33,206 nt of DNA from Nemertoderma westbladi (lineage: Eukaryota > Animalia > Xenacoelomorpha). The stretch lies in assembly GCA_032718475.1 (NCBI GenBank), contig JAUCBJ010001228.1:1-33206 (forward strand). Direction: 5' to 3'. This document shows positions 9,837 through 20,497 of the stretch, in pieces (position 1 is the first letter of the stretch; each line of letters starts with the position of its first letter). Both the position numbers and the translations under genes were made by a program. The notes under the pieces are model-generated. The model made no database searches, was not told the DNA's origin, and saw only the letters and a program-made list of their open reading frames with translations.

Positions 9837-12800
9837 CAACACCGTCGTCTTTTGGTTCTTCATAAATTGGTATATTTGATATTTTTATAGGTTTTTTGAG
9901 GTTTGTTTTATAGTGCCCCCAAGGAAGCGATTGATTTTTATTAAGCCAATAAAGTTTATCATCAAAGCTACTGAGTGCAAATTTATTTTGCTTTAAGGTA
10001 TAAATACGATGTAATTTAGATTGAAATCTGTGTATGTTTTTTTTTATTTCTTCATTTGAGTTGTATGCTTTTAAATATTCTTCATATGTAATATTCGTTT
10101 CCACAACAGCTCTTGTAATACCTTTTGCTCTACGAATATTTTTATTATTCCATTCCAAAATTGAATATAATTTTGGTCTTAAAAATACTGCTTGTTTAAT
10201 TTCACGTGAGGCTAGTTCGTCTTTACAGTAATAGAGTCTGGATTTATTTTTATCGCTGTAGAGGGGGTGATCCTTAGGGTAATTGGAAGTATCTAAAATA
10301 TTATTTTTAATTAATGCTTTTAAAAAATTATTCTGTGATGTATTATAATAACAACCTATCAATGAGTCAGTGTCTGATGCGGCAATTTCAATACGACAGT
10401 TTAATTCTTTCTCAATAGGTAGCAATTTATTGTAATACAGCTCATACATATCCAATTTAGCCAAGTCCTACACAGCGCTACCAATAAATATAGGCTTATC
10501 GAGAGTTACAGAGTCTTTCACTAATAAATGTCCCGATAATGTATTATTGTATATTATAAATTGTTCATGATTAATACGATTTACCAATTGATCGCATTTA
10601 TCGTTGCTATTTGCGATACGAAAGTTACATCGGTCTCGTATCCTCTCTATTGATTTGCCAAACAGTGAATTATTGAGCAATTTCGCGACAGCAGTTTCAA
10701 TGTAACTTTTTGCTAGGCGCCTTTGATTAATATTAAAATCTATGTAATTTTTAAATACAAATTCTTGTTGAAAAGAATATAATTTATGTAGTTTAGTAAC
10801 AATTAATCCATGTTTTATATAAAATTTTAACAGTTTCAAATGTAAATGATAAAACTCTTTATCAAATTGCGTCAGCAAGAGTTTTGGTGTAGACATCCTA
10901 TATTTACGGGAGGTACCTCTTTGTATCGATAAATTATTAAATTGTTCCCGCATATAAGGCGAAAGCATTGTTTCATTTATACTTAAATGCTCAGGGGCTA
11001 ACGGTAATTGTAATGTTTGATCGTGAATAGCCTTGGGATAATTTAAATCACATATTAAAAAATATCCAGTAGATCCATCAATGTCTAAATCTACCAAGTA
11101 CTCGATTAGTTTTTCTGGAATTGCATTCTCTAAATGTTTAATACTTACTTCTTTGAATTGCGAGGTGGGTAGTTTTTTACTTAAATTTCCAGAATATAAA
11201 GAGTTGAAATCAATATTAAAAATATGGCATTCTTCCTTAGTAGAATCATATGTACTTGTACCTGGTATATTTGATTCTATATAATGTTTTCGACAAAATG
11301 AAACACCCTTTAATAATACTTTAATAATACATAATAATACATAATACATAATCCTTTATTAATTCTATTTTACATTTATTATATTTTAGCGCGCAATCAT
11401 AGGTAAATGACGCAATACTACAGTAAAAAACCACTTCTAAATCGTAATTTTGTTTACAAACATTCCTAAAATTCTCAAATATATCAGCAAGCAAACAAAC
11501 ATCGAGTTTTAAATAGGCTAAAAGATAATCTTTGAGATTCACACAGTCGAATTCTACCCATGATAATCCTTCAAACCTATAATCTTCAATTGTGCATGTT
11601 TTTTGTGTTAAGTTACTAAAAAAATTATTTATAGACGGCAAACCAGTATCATTAAATTTATTAATATCTGTCAAGTACTCGTATGGAAATACTCCTTTCC
11701 ATTTAATTGTTGAGTTATTCAAGTTTGGATAAAAATATTTCATTTCTTGTAGAGTAATAGGTAAAATTGAGCTTATATCATGACTCGCTACATTTGTTGA
11801 ACACTCAACTAAATTACTTAGGGAAAAGCTTAAAAATTGATATGTGTCTAAGAAACGTAACTCAATTTTTTTAGAAGTGTTTTTAATTTGGATAAACGCA
11901 CTCAGTGAAATATATCGTTCTGTATTTCTCGGTATAACCTTTATATCCCAATCGGTGTATTTCTTATCTCTAAATCCGGTTTGTAATATACAATGTATAT
12001 CGTAATTACTGGAATTGTGCCCGCAAAGTACATACAGGTATCGTTTCAATGATAAACTTCGGTTACAACTATTACAGGCTGTTGCAATATATTTACCTGT
12101 AATATGTGAATGATGTCTGTTTTTCCCAACATTATTATTTAAAGTAACATTACAATAGAAACAAAATTTTGCCTGTTCAAAATTTACAAAATCAATATTA
12201 GTAAATGACATAGTTTTATGAGTGTATATGTCTGACCAACAACATAATTCAGTTAAATCAAAATATAATGAATCTAAGAAATCTTGAATACAATTATTAT
12301 TATTATTTGACTTTACGAATGTTTTCAAATGACATTTTGGGGGGTTAATTAATTCAGTATTGGGAACAATTAAATAACTCGCAGCACACGGTATATGCTC
12401 CTGTATAAATTGATTATTAACTGAAGGTTGTAAGATACATTCTATATCAAAGTAGGTGACAAACAATGGGGATAAGGTTCTATCTAAATTTGTAAAACTA
12501 ATGTGTGTTCTTTTTTTATTAGGTAGTGTCTCTCGTTGACTTCTTCCTTGGTAGCATGCAAGACGGTGTCTTTGGAGAACTTCCGATTGAAAAAAATGAG
12601 CCAAACACCTTTCACAATATTTCCTATTCCCGATATGAAGAGCTCTCATATTCAGCAATCGATTCAAGTTAGTTATGCAAACATAATGATTCAGTTTAGG
12701 TACATTGTTATTTTTTACTACAAGTAATATATTTAATAACTCTTTATCGGGTGTAATTTTACTAAACGGTGGTTGTCTTAATATAGATACGGGAGAGCGT

Positions 12801-13873
12801 TTGTTGTCGTTATTCCAACATAGTAAATTAATTATATATTTTGAATTTTGTTTTTCAAAAAGTTTAATCGCTAACTGCCACTCTGTTGGATAATTATTTT
12901 TCCCGTTGTCAAAAATGAAATGACTCATATAATTTTTGTACGATGAAGTACGGTTTTTGTGATCTTTCACTTTGCTACTAAATTTTGCAGATATAATTAC
13001 CCATTTGAAACAGTCATTATCAGCCGTTTGTATATTTATTGTACATTTTTTAGCTGATAGAGCCTTAGGTAATTCCATATATCCATGCCCCTTATATAGT
13101 AACGACCTACACTTAGATTCAGCTAATTTAATTTCAACCCTTAATAAAGATTTAATACGCCATCCCGAACCACGTGTGTTAAAGATGGCTATTTTTTGTA
13201 ATATATTTTCCACAACATACTCAAACCATGTGTCAAAACTTTGCGACGAATCTACAGTATTAATAGCACCACCGGAAGAATTAAAATAAAAGGTTTCCAA
13301 TTGCTCGCCTTCTGAAAAATGTGATCTGTACATTAATACATTTAGACCTAACCACAGTCTAAGAACATTCATTTCTTTCAATCTATCTAATATTAACTGA
13401 AGAATATTACCTCGAATTTGTGCTAATGCTGTTTCTACATCGGGATAATCTCTAGAAGTTGGGAGGTCGTGGACATAAATTTCAAGACGATTATCGTGAG
13501 CTTCTTGTTCCCGCGTAAAAATTGTTGCGCATGTACCAAGAGCCATCCTTAAGTTTTTTCTGGATATTATATTTTTATGTTGCGGAAATTTACGCTTTCT
13601 TGTGTAGTAACATTTCAAGTGACAGTCGTGTCGTATATAATTCTCATATGTATACTCTTTATTACAGGTAGAACAAGTCAATTGATAGGTGCGGAACTCC
13701 ATTTCTTTACAACCAGTAGTCGATTCATGTCGTTTACAAATTTCGCTGCATGAAGTCACAACATGACACTTAAAACAAGAATAACTTTCAAAATGTGACC
13801 GTAGGTGGCGTAAGTAATTATGTCTAGTTACATTCATATGACAGAATGAACAACATATTGTTATTTTATCCAT
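9811..13873 (-). pseudogene. Polinton/Maverick-type protein-primed family B DNA polymerase, split into three ORFs
   Basis: N-terminal C2H2 fingers; RGSGW and INIQTADNDCFKW motifs; ExoI YFDIEC; endonuclease-VII-like insert CFYC...RHHSHITGKYIATACNSCN; ExoII GHNSSNYD; KGVFPYEY; ExoIII YLKLDVCLLAD; PolA IDFNSLY; PolB KLLNNSLFGK; PolC SDTDSL; C-terminal KGI and LSSFDDK. Frameshift at ~11311-11350 and in-frame TAG at 10468-10470 (GSAV*DLAKLDMY). Confidence 0.92.
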
Positions 13874-13975
13874 GTTGAAGTTTGTTTAGATAAATAATAA
13901 TAATAATAATAATAAAATATGTCCAAAGATTAAAATGAAATGAAATGAAATGAAATGTTATTGACTATATCTAAA

Positions 13976-14021
13976 CATTTATATGCTAGCGAGGGAAATA
14001 ATTTTAAACCAATCACCAATC
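13976..14021 (-). promoter_or_regulatory. Candidate Pol II promoter of pPolB (two CCAAT boxes and a TATA-like box)
   Basis: AACCAATCACCAATC at ~14007-14021 and CATATAAATG on the minus strand at ~13976-13985, about 100 bp upstream of the ATG at 13873. Confidence 0.35.
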
Positions 14022-14067
14022 GCTTATGACTATTAGAAACCACAAAGAGTTTAACTTATGATTAGGT

Positions 14068-15132
14068 TTACATATTAGGATAATAATCAGGTTTCCATGG
14101 AGAATTAGTAACAGGCTCTACTAGAGCTGGGTTACTGACAACTTTCTGTTTCTTTGCAGGTAATGTGTTGGTAAATTTACTCGATGATCTTGGCTTTCGA
14201 GGTAATATTTCAGGAAAGACCTGTTGCGGTTGAGAGCAACTCTCTTCAACATCCGGATTAGGTGATGGGATCTCTACGAAAGCTTTAGGTTTATCCAAAA
14301 GGACAAAACCGTCAACATTGGCTTCAATAAGAGAAACGCCATCCATAGCCTCTTTGAGAAAACTAATATGGGCTTTATCATTCAAGTAATGCAACTCGAT
14401 AGAATTTCCGCCGGCCCCTACTTCAGTAGAATTATCGGTGTTGGTGATAATAATTTTTTTATTATTGGTTTTAATCATTTTGTGACGGTCTGATAATTGA
14501 ATGATATTTTTATCAAAAAGATGCTTGTCTGTTTCATCGACTTGGTTGTCCCACTCTCGCAACAAAACAGTTAGTTCCTGTTTTGACAAATTGAAACCTG
14601 TATAATAGTTAAAACCAACACTATCAGCGTATCTGAGGCTGATTTTCCATAAGCCAACATAGTTGGTTCCTTTAAAAGCTGTTACAAATCCAATAAACTC
14701 TGGATTTGATAATTCAATGTAGAATTGATCGCTAATAATCTCTAGCGGTGGAGAGAGAAATTGCAATAATTTGCCTCTGTATTGAATTAGAACTTCAGTA
14801 AAAGCTTTGTTGAGAACTTTACATTTGCCTTGTTTCTGAACGTAAACATCACCCGATGTGGGGTTTATGGAAATATTCAAATTTCCCCGCGCAAAACGAA
14901 GAGTTGGATATATCCTACCTGGTATAATTGCTGGTCTGGATTGATGTTGGTTGTTGTTGGTTGTTTCTAGAATGTCTAACAAATAGCGGGTATCTTGATG
15001 GGAAAAACAAATTGATTCGTTGTCCTCCTGAGATTCCACAATAAAATACTTGCTGTGAACGATGGTACAAGTATATTTATTGTAAGTAAATTTCCAGCTA
15101 TTTGTTGCTCCGGTTTTTTGCGTTAAGGCCAT
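14068..15132 (-). CDS. Protein with a PC4/Sub1-like ssDNA-binding motif, possibly tandem degenerate copies
   Basis: Intact 354-aa ORF. FVTAFKGTNYVGLWK...TGFNLSKQELTVL resembles the PC4 pattern VSVRDFKGKVLIDIREY...KGISLNPEQWSQL. It has a Pro/Lys-rich tail with an NLS-like PAKKQK. Confidence 0.55.
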   Translation of the reverse strand: MALTQKTGATNSWKFTYNKYTCTIVHSKYFIVESQEDNESICFSHQDTRYLLDILETTNNNQHQSRPAIIPGRIYPTLRFARGNLNISINPTSGDVYVQKQGKCKVLNKAFTEVLIQYRGKLLQFLSPPLEIISDQFYIELSNPEFIGFVTAFKGTNYVGLWKISLRYADSVGFNYYTGFNLSKQELTVLLREWDNQVDETDKHLFDKNIIQLSDRHKMIKTNNKKIIITNTDNSTEVGAGGNSIELHYLNDKAHISFLKEAMDGVSLIEANVDGFVLLDKPKAFVEIPSPNPDVEESCSQPQQVFPEILPRKPRSSSKFTNTLPAKKQKVVSNPALVEPVTNSPWKPDYYPNM

Positions 15133-15187
15133 AATAATAATAATGAATACGAAAAATATTACAAGTGATAAATTTTAAACCGTATCG

Positions 15188-15490
15188 CTGTAATAAATTG
15201 ACACCATAGTTCTCACTCTAAAATTGTGTTTGGTCGGAAGACGACGCCTAAGAAAAATGATGCTGAGTTCGACATTAGGTATCGACTCAAAAACAAAAAT
15301 CGTGTGAGACACGTAGCTCAGATTTTCGTTTTTAGGTCGATACCCAATGCTGGAATCAGTATCATTTTATGTGGTGTCGTTTTCCGACCAACGAATATAC
15401 AACGAGTAAGATAATGTATAAATTATTAAGGAAATAACACAATGTCAGAGTGAGAACAAAAAAATTAGATATGGTATCAATATATTACCA
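15188..15490. other. Long imperfect inverted repeat (foldback), about 300 nt
   Basis: Inner arms 15230-15301 and ~15321-15391 (TTGGTCGGAAGACGACGCC... / ...GGTGTCGTTTTCCGACCAA). Outer arms 15209-15230 / ~15435-15457 and ~15190-15208 / 15470-15488. Apical mini-hairpin CGTGT-GAG-ACACG at 15301-15313. Confidence 0.88.
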
Positions 15491-16468
15491 TGAAGATTAC
15501 AAGTGATGAATTTTATTAAAAACATTCAGTTATATATATAAATTTGTGATGTGGCATAGTCAACGAAGAAGAGATGGGACGTGTCATAATCATCGACGAA
15601 TAAGAAAAGAGATGGGGTGCAACGTGGTTGAATGGTTGGTTGGTTACGTGGATAGGAAATATGTGAAAGAATATGAATCATAGGGTTGTGTGTAATAATA
15701 ATCAATAATTATTATAAAAACGCACAGTATAATGTTAGTAGTAGTAGCCTTTCAATATGACACAGATGCTGCGGGATCGGTTAGCTTGAGTAACTACTTG
15801 GAAATGTTCGTATACGTGTAGCTGGAACGTGGCGGAATTTCATGCACATGTATCATACTGAGTGGTTGGTTTATTGGTTTGGTGACAGCAGTTGAGTAGC
15901 TCTATCAACGGAGGGATGTAAATCGTTGAGTTGGCAATCGATATAATATACTGTAATATAACGACTTGGTATATGCATCGTGTAGATGGCCACGTTATCG
16001 TTTTAGTCACCATATACAGTATGTGGAGGTGGTAGCGTGGCGAAAAGGGGAATAATCGGTGGGTTGGGGGCTAGCCATGCGTCGAGAAGTTAGGCTACGC
16101 GAAGATGAATATGCAATGGATGGTTGTTGCAGCAATGATACGAATCAATACTATCGGTTGGTAGGTAACAGCTGCCGTTGAGTAAGGTGGGCAACGCGAG
16201 GTTAGGCTACGCGTAGGTGAATACGCTACGATTGGTTGATGGTAACTACCTCGATGGTGACAGATGTAGGCAATTAAACGCCGTAATTTAGCATCGGAAT
16301 TTGGCATTTTTAATAGTCCTCCGAGATGTAGCCCATAGCCCAAGCTAGGGAGGAGTTCGTTGGGGTCACCTCTTCTCCTACTACTGTTCCATTAACTTTG
16401 TAGTTCGTCTTAGTGTGTCTTTCTCTCAGCATATCATCATGGTATTTTTATCATCTATGACGGGATCT

Positions 16469-16625
16469 ATGAGATCCTGACCAGGTTAGATTTGTACGCG
16501 TCACCATTCTGCTGGCAGTTATGCTAAGTCGCTTTGGCTGAAGGCCGTTGGGGAAAACAATAGAGTTTTGTTTCTCAATATTGATAGTCCAAACGATAAT
16601 AGCACAATCAGCAAATCGGTAAATC
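16469..16625. repeat. About 150-bp direct repeat (LTR-like segment), copy 1
   Basis: ATGAGATCC...GTTAGATTTGTACGCGTCACC...AGCACAATC is nearly identical to 20498-20654. Confidence 0.92.
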
Positions 16626-18575
16626 CGTAATGACACAGATATAATAGCAGAAAATACACAGATTAATTGCTGATGTTAGTGGCGCTGACGGTCATAAACT
16701 ATGACCAGTCTGCAACTGAGTAACTAATGAACTGACCGGTAAATCAGTAGTGCAGAATAATATATATGATTAACACACACGGATATTGATTTCACCTCTT
16801 ACTGTACTTGGCCCTCTGTACCCAATGGATGCTTTCCTATCTCTAATCACGTGCTTCCCACCCCGCTATTGGCTAAGATTCTAATTGTCACTTTGGCACT
16901 CCCCGTGAGTGTTTCCCCCGCTGCTAGCCTCTACTAGCTGTATTCCCTCCGAGGTGGTTTGACCTCTCACCTCTCTCTGTGGCTTTAGGGCTTGTGTCGC
17001 CCCCCCCCCCCCCCCCCAATGTTGGTTATGAGGAGAGATTAATATTGGTAATCTCGTATCCCCAACTTATTGGTAAATGCCACTGGTCCCATTTGCTGGT
17101 AGGTAATGAAGTGGAATTGAATCCGCTTACACCCCCCCCACCCCCCATGCTATCTTCCCGGTGAGAAGATAGCATCAACCTTAAGTGCACTTCAATTCCG
17201 CTGGAACCCAATCTACTATCGGGTGTGGGGTGGATTTATTTTCTCGGGGTCGGCTTTCCTGACCCCCAACCCCCCCGGGTATGTTATTACTACCCCCCCT
17301 TGGTGCAATCACGAGCTATGTTGCACCAAGGTATCTGGCGTCTCTGTTTGAGACAATTGTGCTTTCTCTCCATACAATTTTTTACAACCTCACTCCAACC
17401 TTAATCTTGGACCTCTCTGTCCCTTACTCTCTCTCTCGCGGACCTCATTGTCCCTTACTCTCTCTCTTGCTGCTCACTCCCCACACTTGAATTGCACTCC
17501 TCTCACTTCCTCACGCGCCAACACCTCCTCTCCATACTTCCCTCATACTCAACCCATTTTGTTTGGTTCTCTGTCCCCTCCTGTCAGGCTCCCACATTCT
17601 CATCAGTGTGGCTGCACTAGAGAAATGGGATCCGTCTAATGTCTCCACCTACCCCTGATGTGCCTCACCCTCCCCTTTTGTGCCGTCACACTCAAGAAGC
17701 GTGATTCATCTAGTGTCTCGTCCTTCTGTCATAGTCAATTGGTCCCCAGACCCAGTAGTTAATTGGAAAAGGTTATATATGACTATAGTACTTATATTGG
17801 TAGTACTTATATTTCTCGATTAATTATATACATATGTAGAATGATGCTATTGCACTTAATTATTTGCACTTAGGAGTTCGTATTTGCCTTCCAGATCAAT
17901 GGTTGGCGTTCTTTTGGTATCCTCGCCAACTCCCCTGAGGGAATCCCCATAGGCCCTCAAATATGCTACCAACTTCTTCCACCTCTTGTACGGTATGTCC
18001 ACCTCTCTGTCAACTAGGTGTCGGCTACCGTAGTGTACCGACTCGCCCTTCAGCCCTGGGTGGTCTACAAAACTCTCAAAAGCCACCTTAAAGGCTCTCC
18101 TGTGATCTTGAGGTGCCCCTGATAGCTCTCTTCCGATAACCACGGCCTTGAATAGGTTTAATAAACCTATCATTATCCAATCCTCCTGTAAGATATATCT
18201 CTTCTGATATATCTTTATCGCTCCCCTTCGGATCTGATATATCTCCTGTTTCCCTGGCCTCGCTCCCCATTTCAGCGAGTTCGCCAGTTCTGCTCCGTAC
18301 TCCTCTCGGACTTGCCCCAGTCCATCGGCTTGTGGCAGACAAGCCCCATGAGCTGGCCCATCGCCACTGTCTCCACAATGTCCTGTGCCCGCTCCATGCT
18401 CCTCCGGAACTCTTACTAACTTCTAACTCTTACGGTACTATGTACCCTGATACTACCCTCATGGTATGTTAATATACCACACTCCCTACTACTACTACTA
18501 GCTCTTACGTACTATCTACTACTATTACTTTCTACTATTTCACTTCTTAAGTTATTATTTTCTTCCTATTTATTT

Positions 18576-19904
18576 TTATATTTTGTGTGGGAAGGGTGTC
18601 TCGCCCTCATTCCCACCCCCCTCAGTCCAACATATTGGACGACTAAACTTTAAGGCGATTCTTCCAGTAGGCACTCCCCACTGCCCCCCTGTAGGTCCTC
18701 TTATCCTTCGCCACACTCTCCTTGTCAATTCCAACTCTCTAGGAATTGATCTTCCCTCCTCCACCACCCTAAAATCGGGTCTTTCGGTCGCCTTCTTGAT
18801 TTCCTCATGGTCCCCTGGCAGCAAAATGCCACCCTTCATCTTGTCGTCACCTGGCGGTAGAATGAAAAGAAATTGAAAGAATAGATAAAACATAATGGAT
18901 AATAGTAATCCTATCCCTTTCCACCCTGTCTTCTTATTTGACCTCCCCCTTTTCGGTATGCCTTTCAACCGGACCAGCGTCTCCTCCGGACACTTCTCCG
19001 GACATCTCGCCGTCCACTCTTCTCCTTCCTCATACCGATACTTGCCGGGAACATCCTTGTTCCATCCCATCTTCTCTAAGTCTTCCGCGTCGAATCCATT
19101 CTCCTCCTCCCACTCTCTTACTGTTGCTTCCCCTACTGACTCATCTACCGACGGTATTTCTCTGGAACTATCCTCTATCCTTTCACCACGCTCCACTATG
19201 CGTGGTTCCAGATCCATACCCAACTCCTGGTATCCTTCCCCGGGCCGCTTCTTGCTTGGGACCTCCCCATCGCCTGTCTCTGGTTTCTCCTCTATGTCCT
19301 TAACAGTGCCTGATAGCATGCACCCTGATGTCTCCGACACCCTGAATGGAATCTTGGTTTTAATTGGGCTGCTAAGCGTCCATCCGAAAGGCGTGAGAAT
19401 CGCCGTCGGATCCCGCTGCTTATTCTCTCCGAATATGGTCCATACTCTCTCGTGGGCCATCGGACAATCCATTCCGACTATGATGGATACCTTCGAGACG
19501 TCCACTTCCGGTATTGAGAAATCGATATCGTCCAGGAACCGGTATTGCTCGACCTCGATCCTGGTAGGTCGCCTGGCGTTTATATTAATCGATTCTATTA
19601 TCTGAATGGGGTCGATGGTCGCCCCATAATCACATCCTGGTGCTATTGCTGATATCTCGCACCGTCCCGTTCTCATCTCCAGGACCTCATCCTTGCTCGA
19701 GATAGTAGTTACTGCCATCCTACTCGGCCTCGCCTGTAACCCTATCTCCTCGGCCGCCCAATTCTCCACCAGCGTGAAGGCTGCTCCGCTGTCGACCAGC
19801 ATCAATGTCGTGACTGATCGGCCGCCCTTTCCTGTTATCCTCAATGGTACTACCCCGAGTAGTACTGTCCTCTTTCTCCTTGCTCCCGTCGTGCTCGTAG
19901 CCAT
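18576..19904 (-). CDS. BEL/Pao-type aspartic protease with an unrelated acidic and hydrophobic C-terminal extension
   Basis: VLLGVVPLRI...MLVDSGAAFTLV (DSG active site), IIVGMD and PTAILTPFGWTL are characteristic of BEL/Pao protease regions. Confidence 0.8.
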   Translation of the reverse strand: MATSTTGARRKRTVLLGVVPLRITGKGGRSVTTLMLVDSGAAFTLVENWAAEEIGLQARPSRMAVTTISSKDEVLEMRTGRCEISAIAPGCDYGATIDPIQIIESININARRPTRIEVEQYRFLDDIDFSIPEVDVSKVSIIVGMDCPMAHERVWTIFGENKQRDPTAILTPFGWTLSSPIKTKIPFRVSETSGCMLSGTVKDIEEKPETGDGEVPSKKRPGEGYQELGMDLEPRIVERGERIEDSSREIPSVDESVGEATVREWEEENGFDAEDLEKMGWNKDVPGKYRYEEGEEWTARCPEKCPEETLVRLKGIPKRGRSNKKTGWKGIGLLLSIMFYLFFQFLFILPPGDDKMKGGILLPGDHEEIKKATERPDFRVVEEGRSIPRELELTRRVWRRIRGPTGGQWGVPTGRIALKFSRPICWTEGGGNEGETPFPHKI

Positions 19905-19907
19905 AGT

Positions 19908-20460
19908 TTAGCCTCCAGTCTCATCAGTCTCGTCGTATTCTATCGGTGTTTCTCTACACTCTCCGAATCTGTGTCCTTCTACCACGCATCGATGACATAG
20001 TCCGTTTGTATCTGTGTAGGCTACCCGATCTTGTTTATCTTGTGATCTCGCCTGCCAATGCTTACAACTCATGGTCTTATGGGTTACATCTCTATGCAAC
20101 TGACATTTGGATCCTGGATTGTAGTGTTCCTTGTATAGCCCTTCACGTATCGCGAGTAGGTTCATATCTACCAGTTTAGTGTTTTGATTATTTGGACTCG
20201 GCCTACTAATTACATTTGTCCGTGTTGTTATTTTGTTTCTGTTCGTGCCACGGTGTGGCCCTACTCCCAGCTATCTGTGGACTTGCAGTCCCCTGTGTCG
20301 CCGCGTATGGTAGTGACTGTCTTAATTTTGGTAACGCATTTGCCACACTATGTTCTGGTTTCGGCCTGTTATAATCGGTCTTTGGCGCCCTTCCCAGGCT
20401 ATCCTCGCTGTAGACTGGGTCTGTGATTAGTTCTGCTTCGTAATTGAGTAAGTTTGACAT
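19908..20460 (-). pseudogene. C-terminal BEL/Pao gag fragments with Zn knuckles
   Basis: YEAELITDPVYS, CQLHRDVTHKTMSC and GLCHRCVVEGHRFGEC (CCHC). Split across two frames and separated from the protease ORF by a single in-frame TAA. Confidence 0.75.
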
Positions 20461-20497
20461 TTCCTCTAGGCCCGGTTCCGCACCTTTCTTCTCCCGG

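Larger units (their letters stand above)
8154..15490 (-). mobile_element. Endogenous Polinton-like/virus-like replication-transcription cassette (termini not found)
   Basis: Four tightly packed, intronless, AT-rich, co-oriented ORFs centred on pPolB. No capsid, packaging ATPase, adenain protease or integrase ORF was recognised in the window. Confidence 0.7.

Noticed and set aside
10034-13289. Short plus-strand ORFs within pPolB
   Set aside because: They are antisense shadows of the polymerase frame with no motifs.
15226-15414. 62-aa ORF
   Set aside because: It coincides with the foldback arms and is better explained as a structural element.
7240-16460. Terminal inverted repeats and a 6-bp TSD for the pPolB element
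   Set aside because: Comparing 7240-8100 with 15500-16460 by eye showed no convincing inverted match. AGTAGTAGTAG near 15738 has no partner on the left.
18583-20426. Ser/Pro-rich plus-strand ORFs, including the 236-aa ORF
   Set aside because: They are antisense to the purine-rich BEL gag-protease strand.
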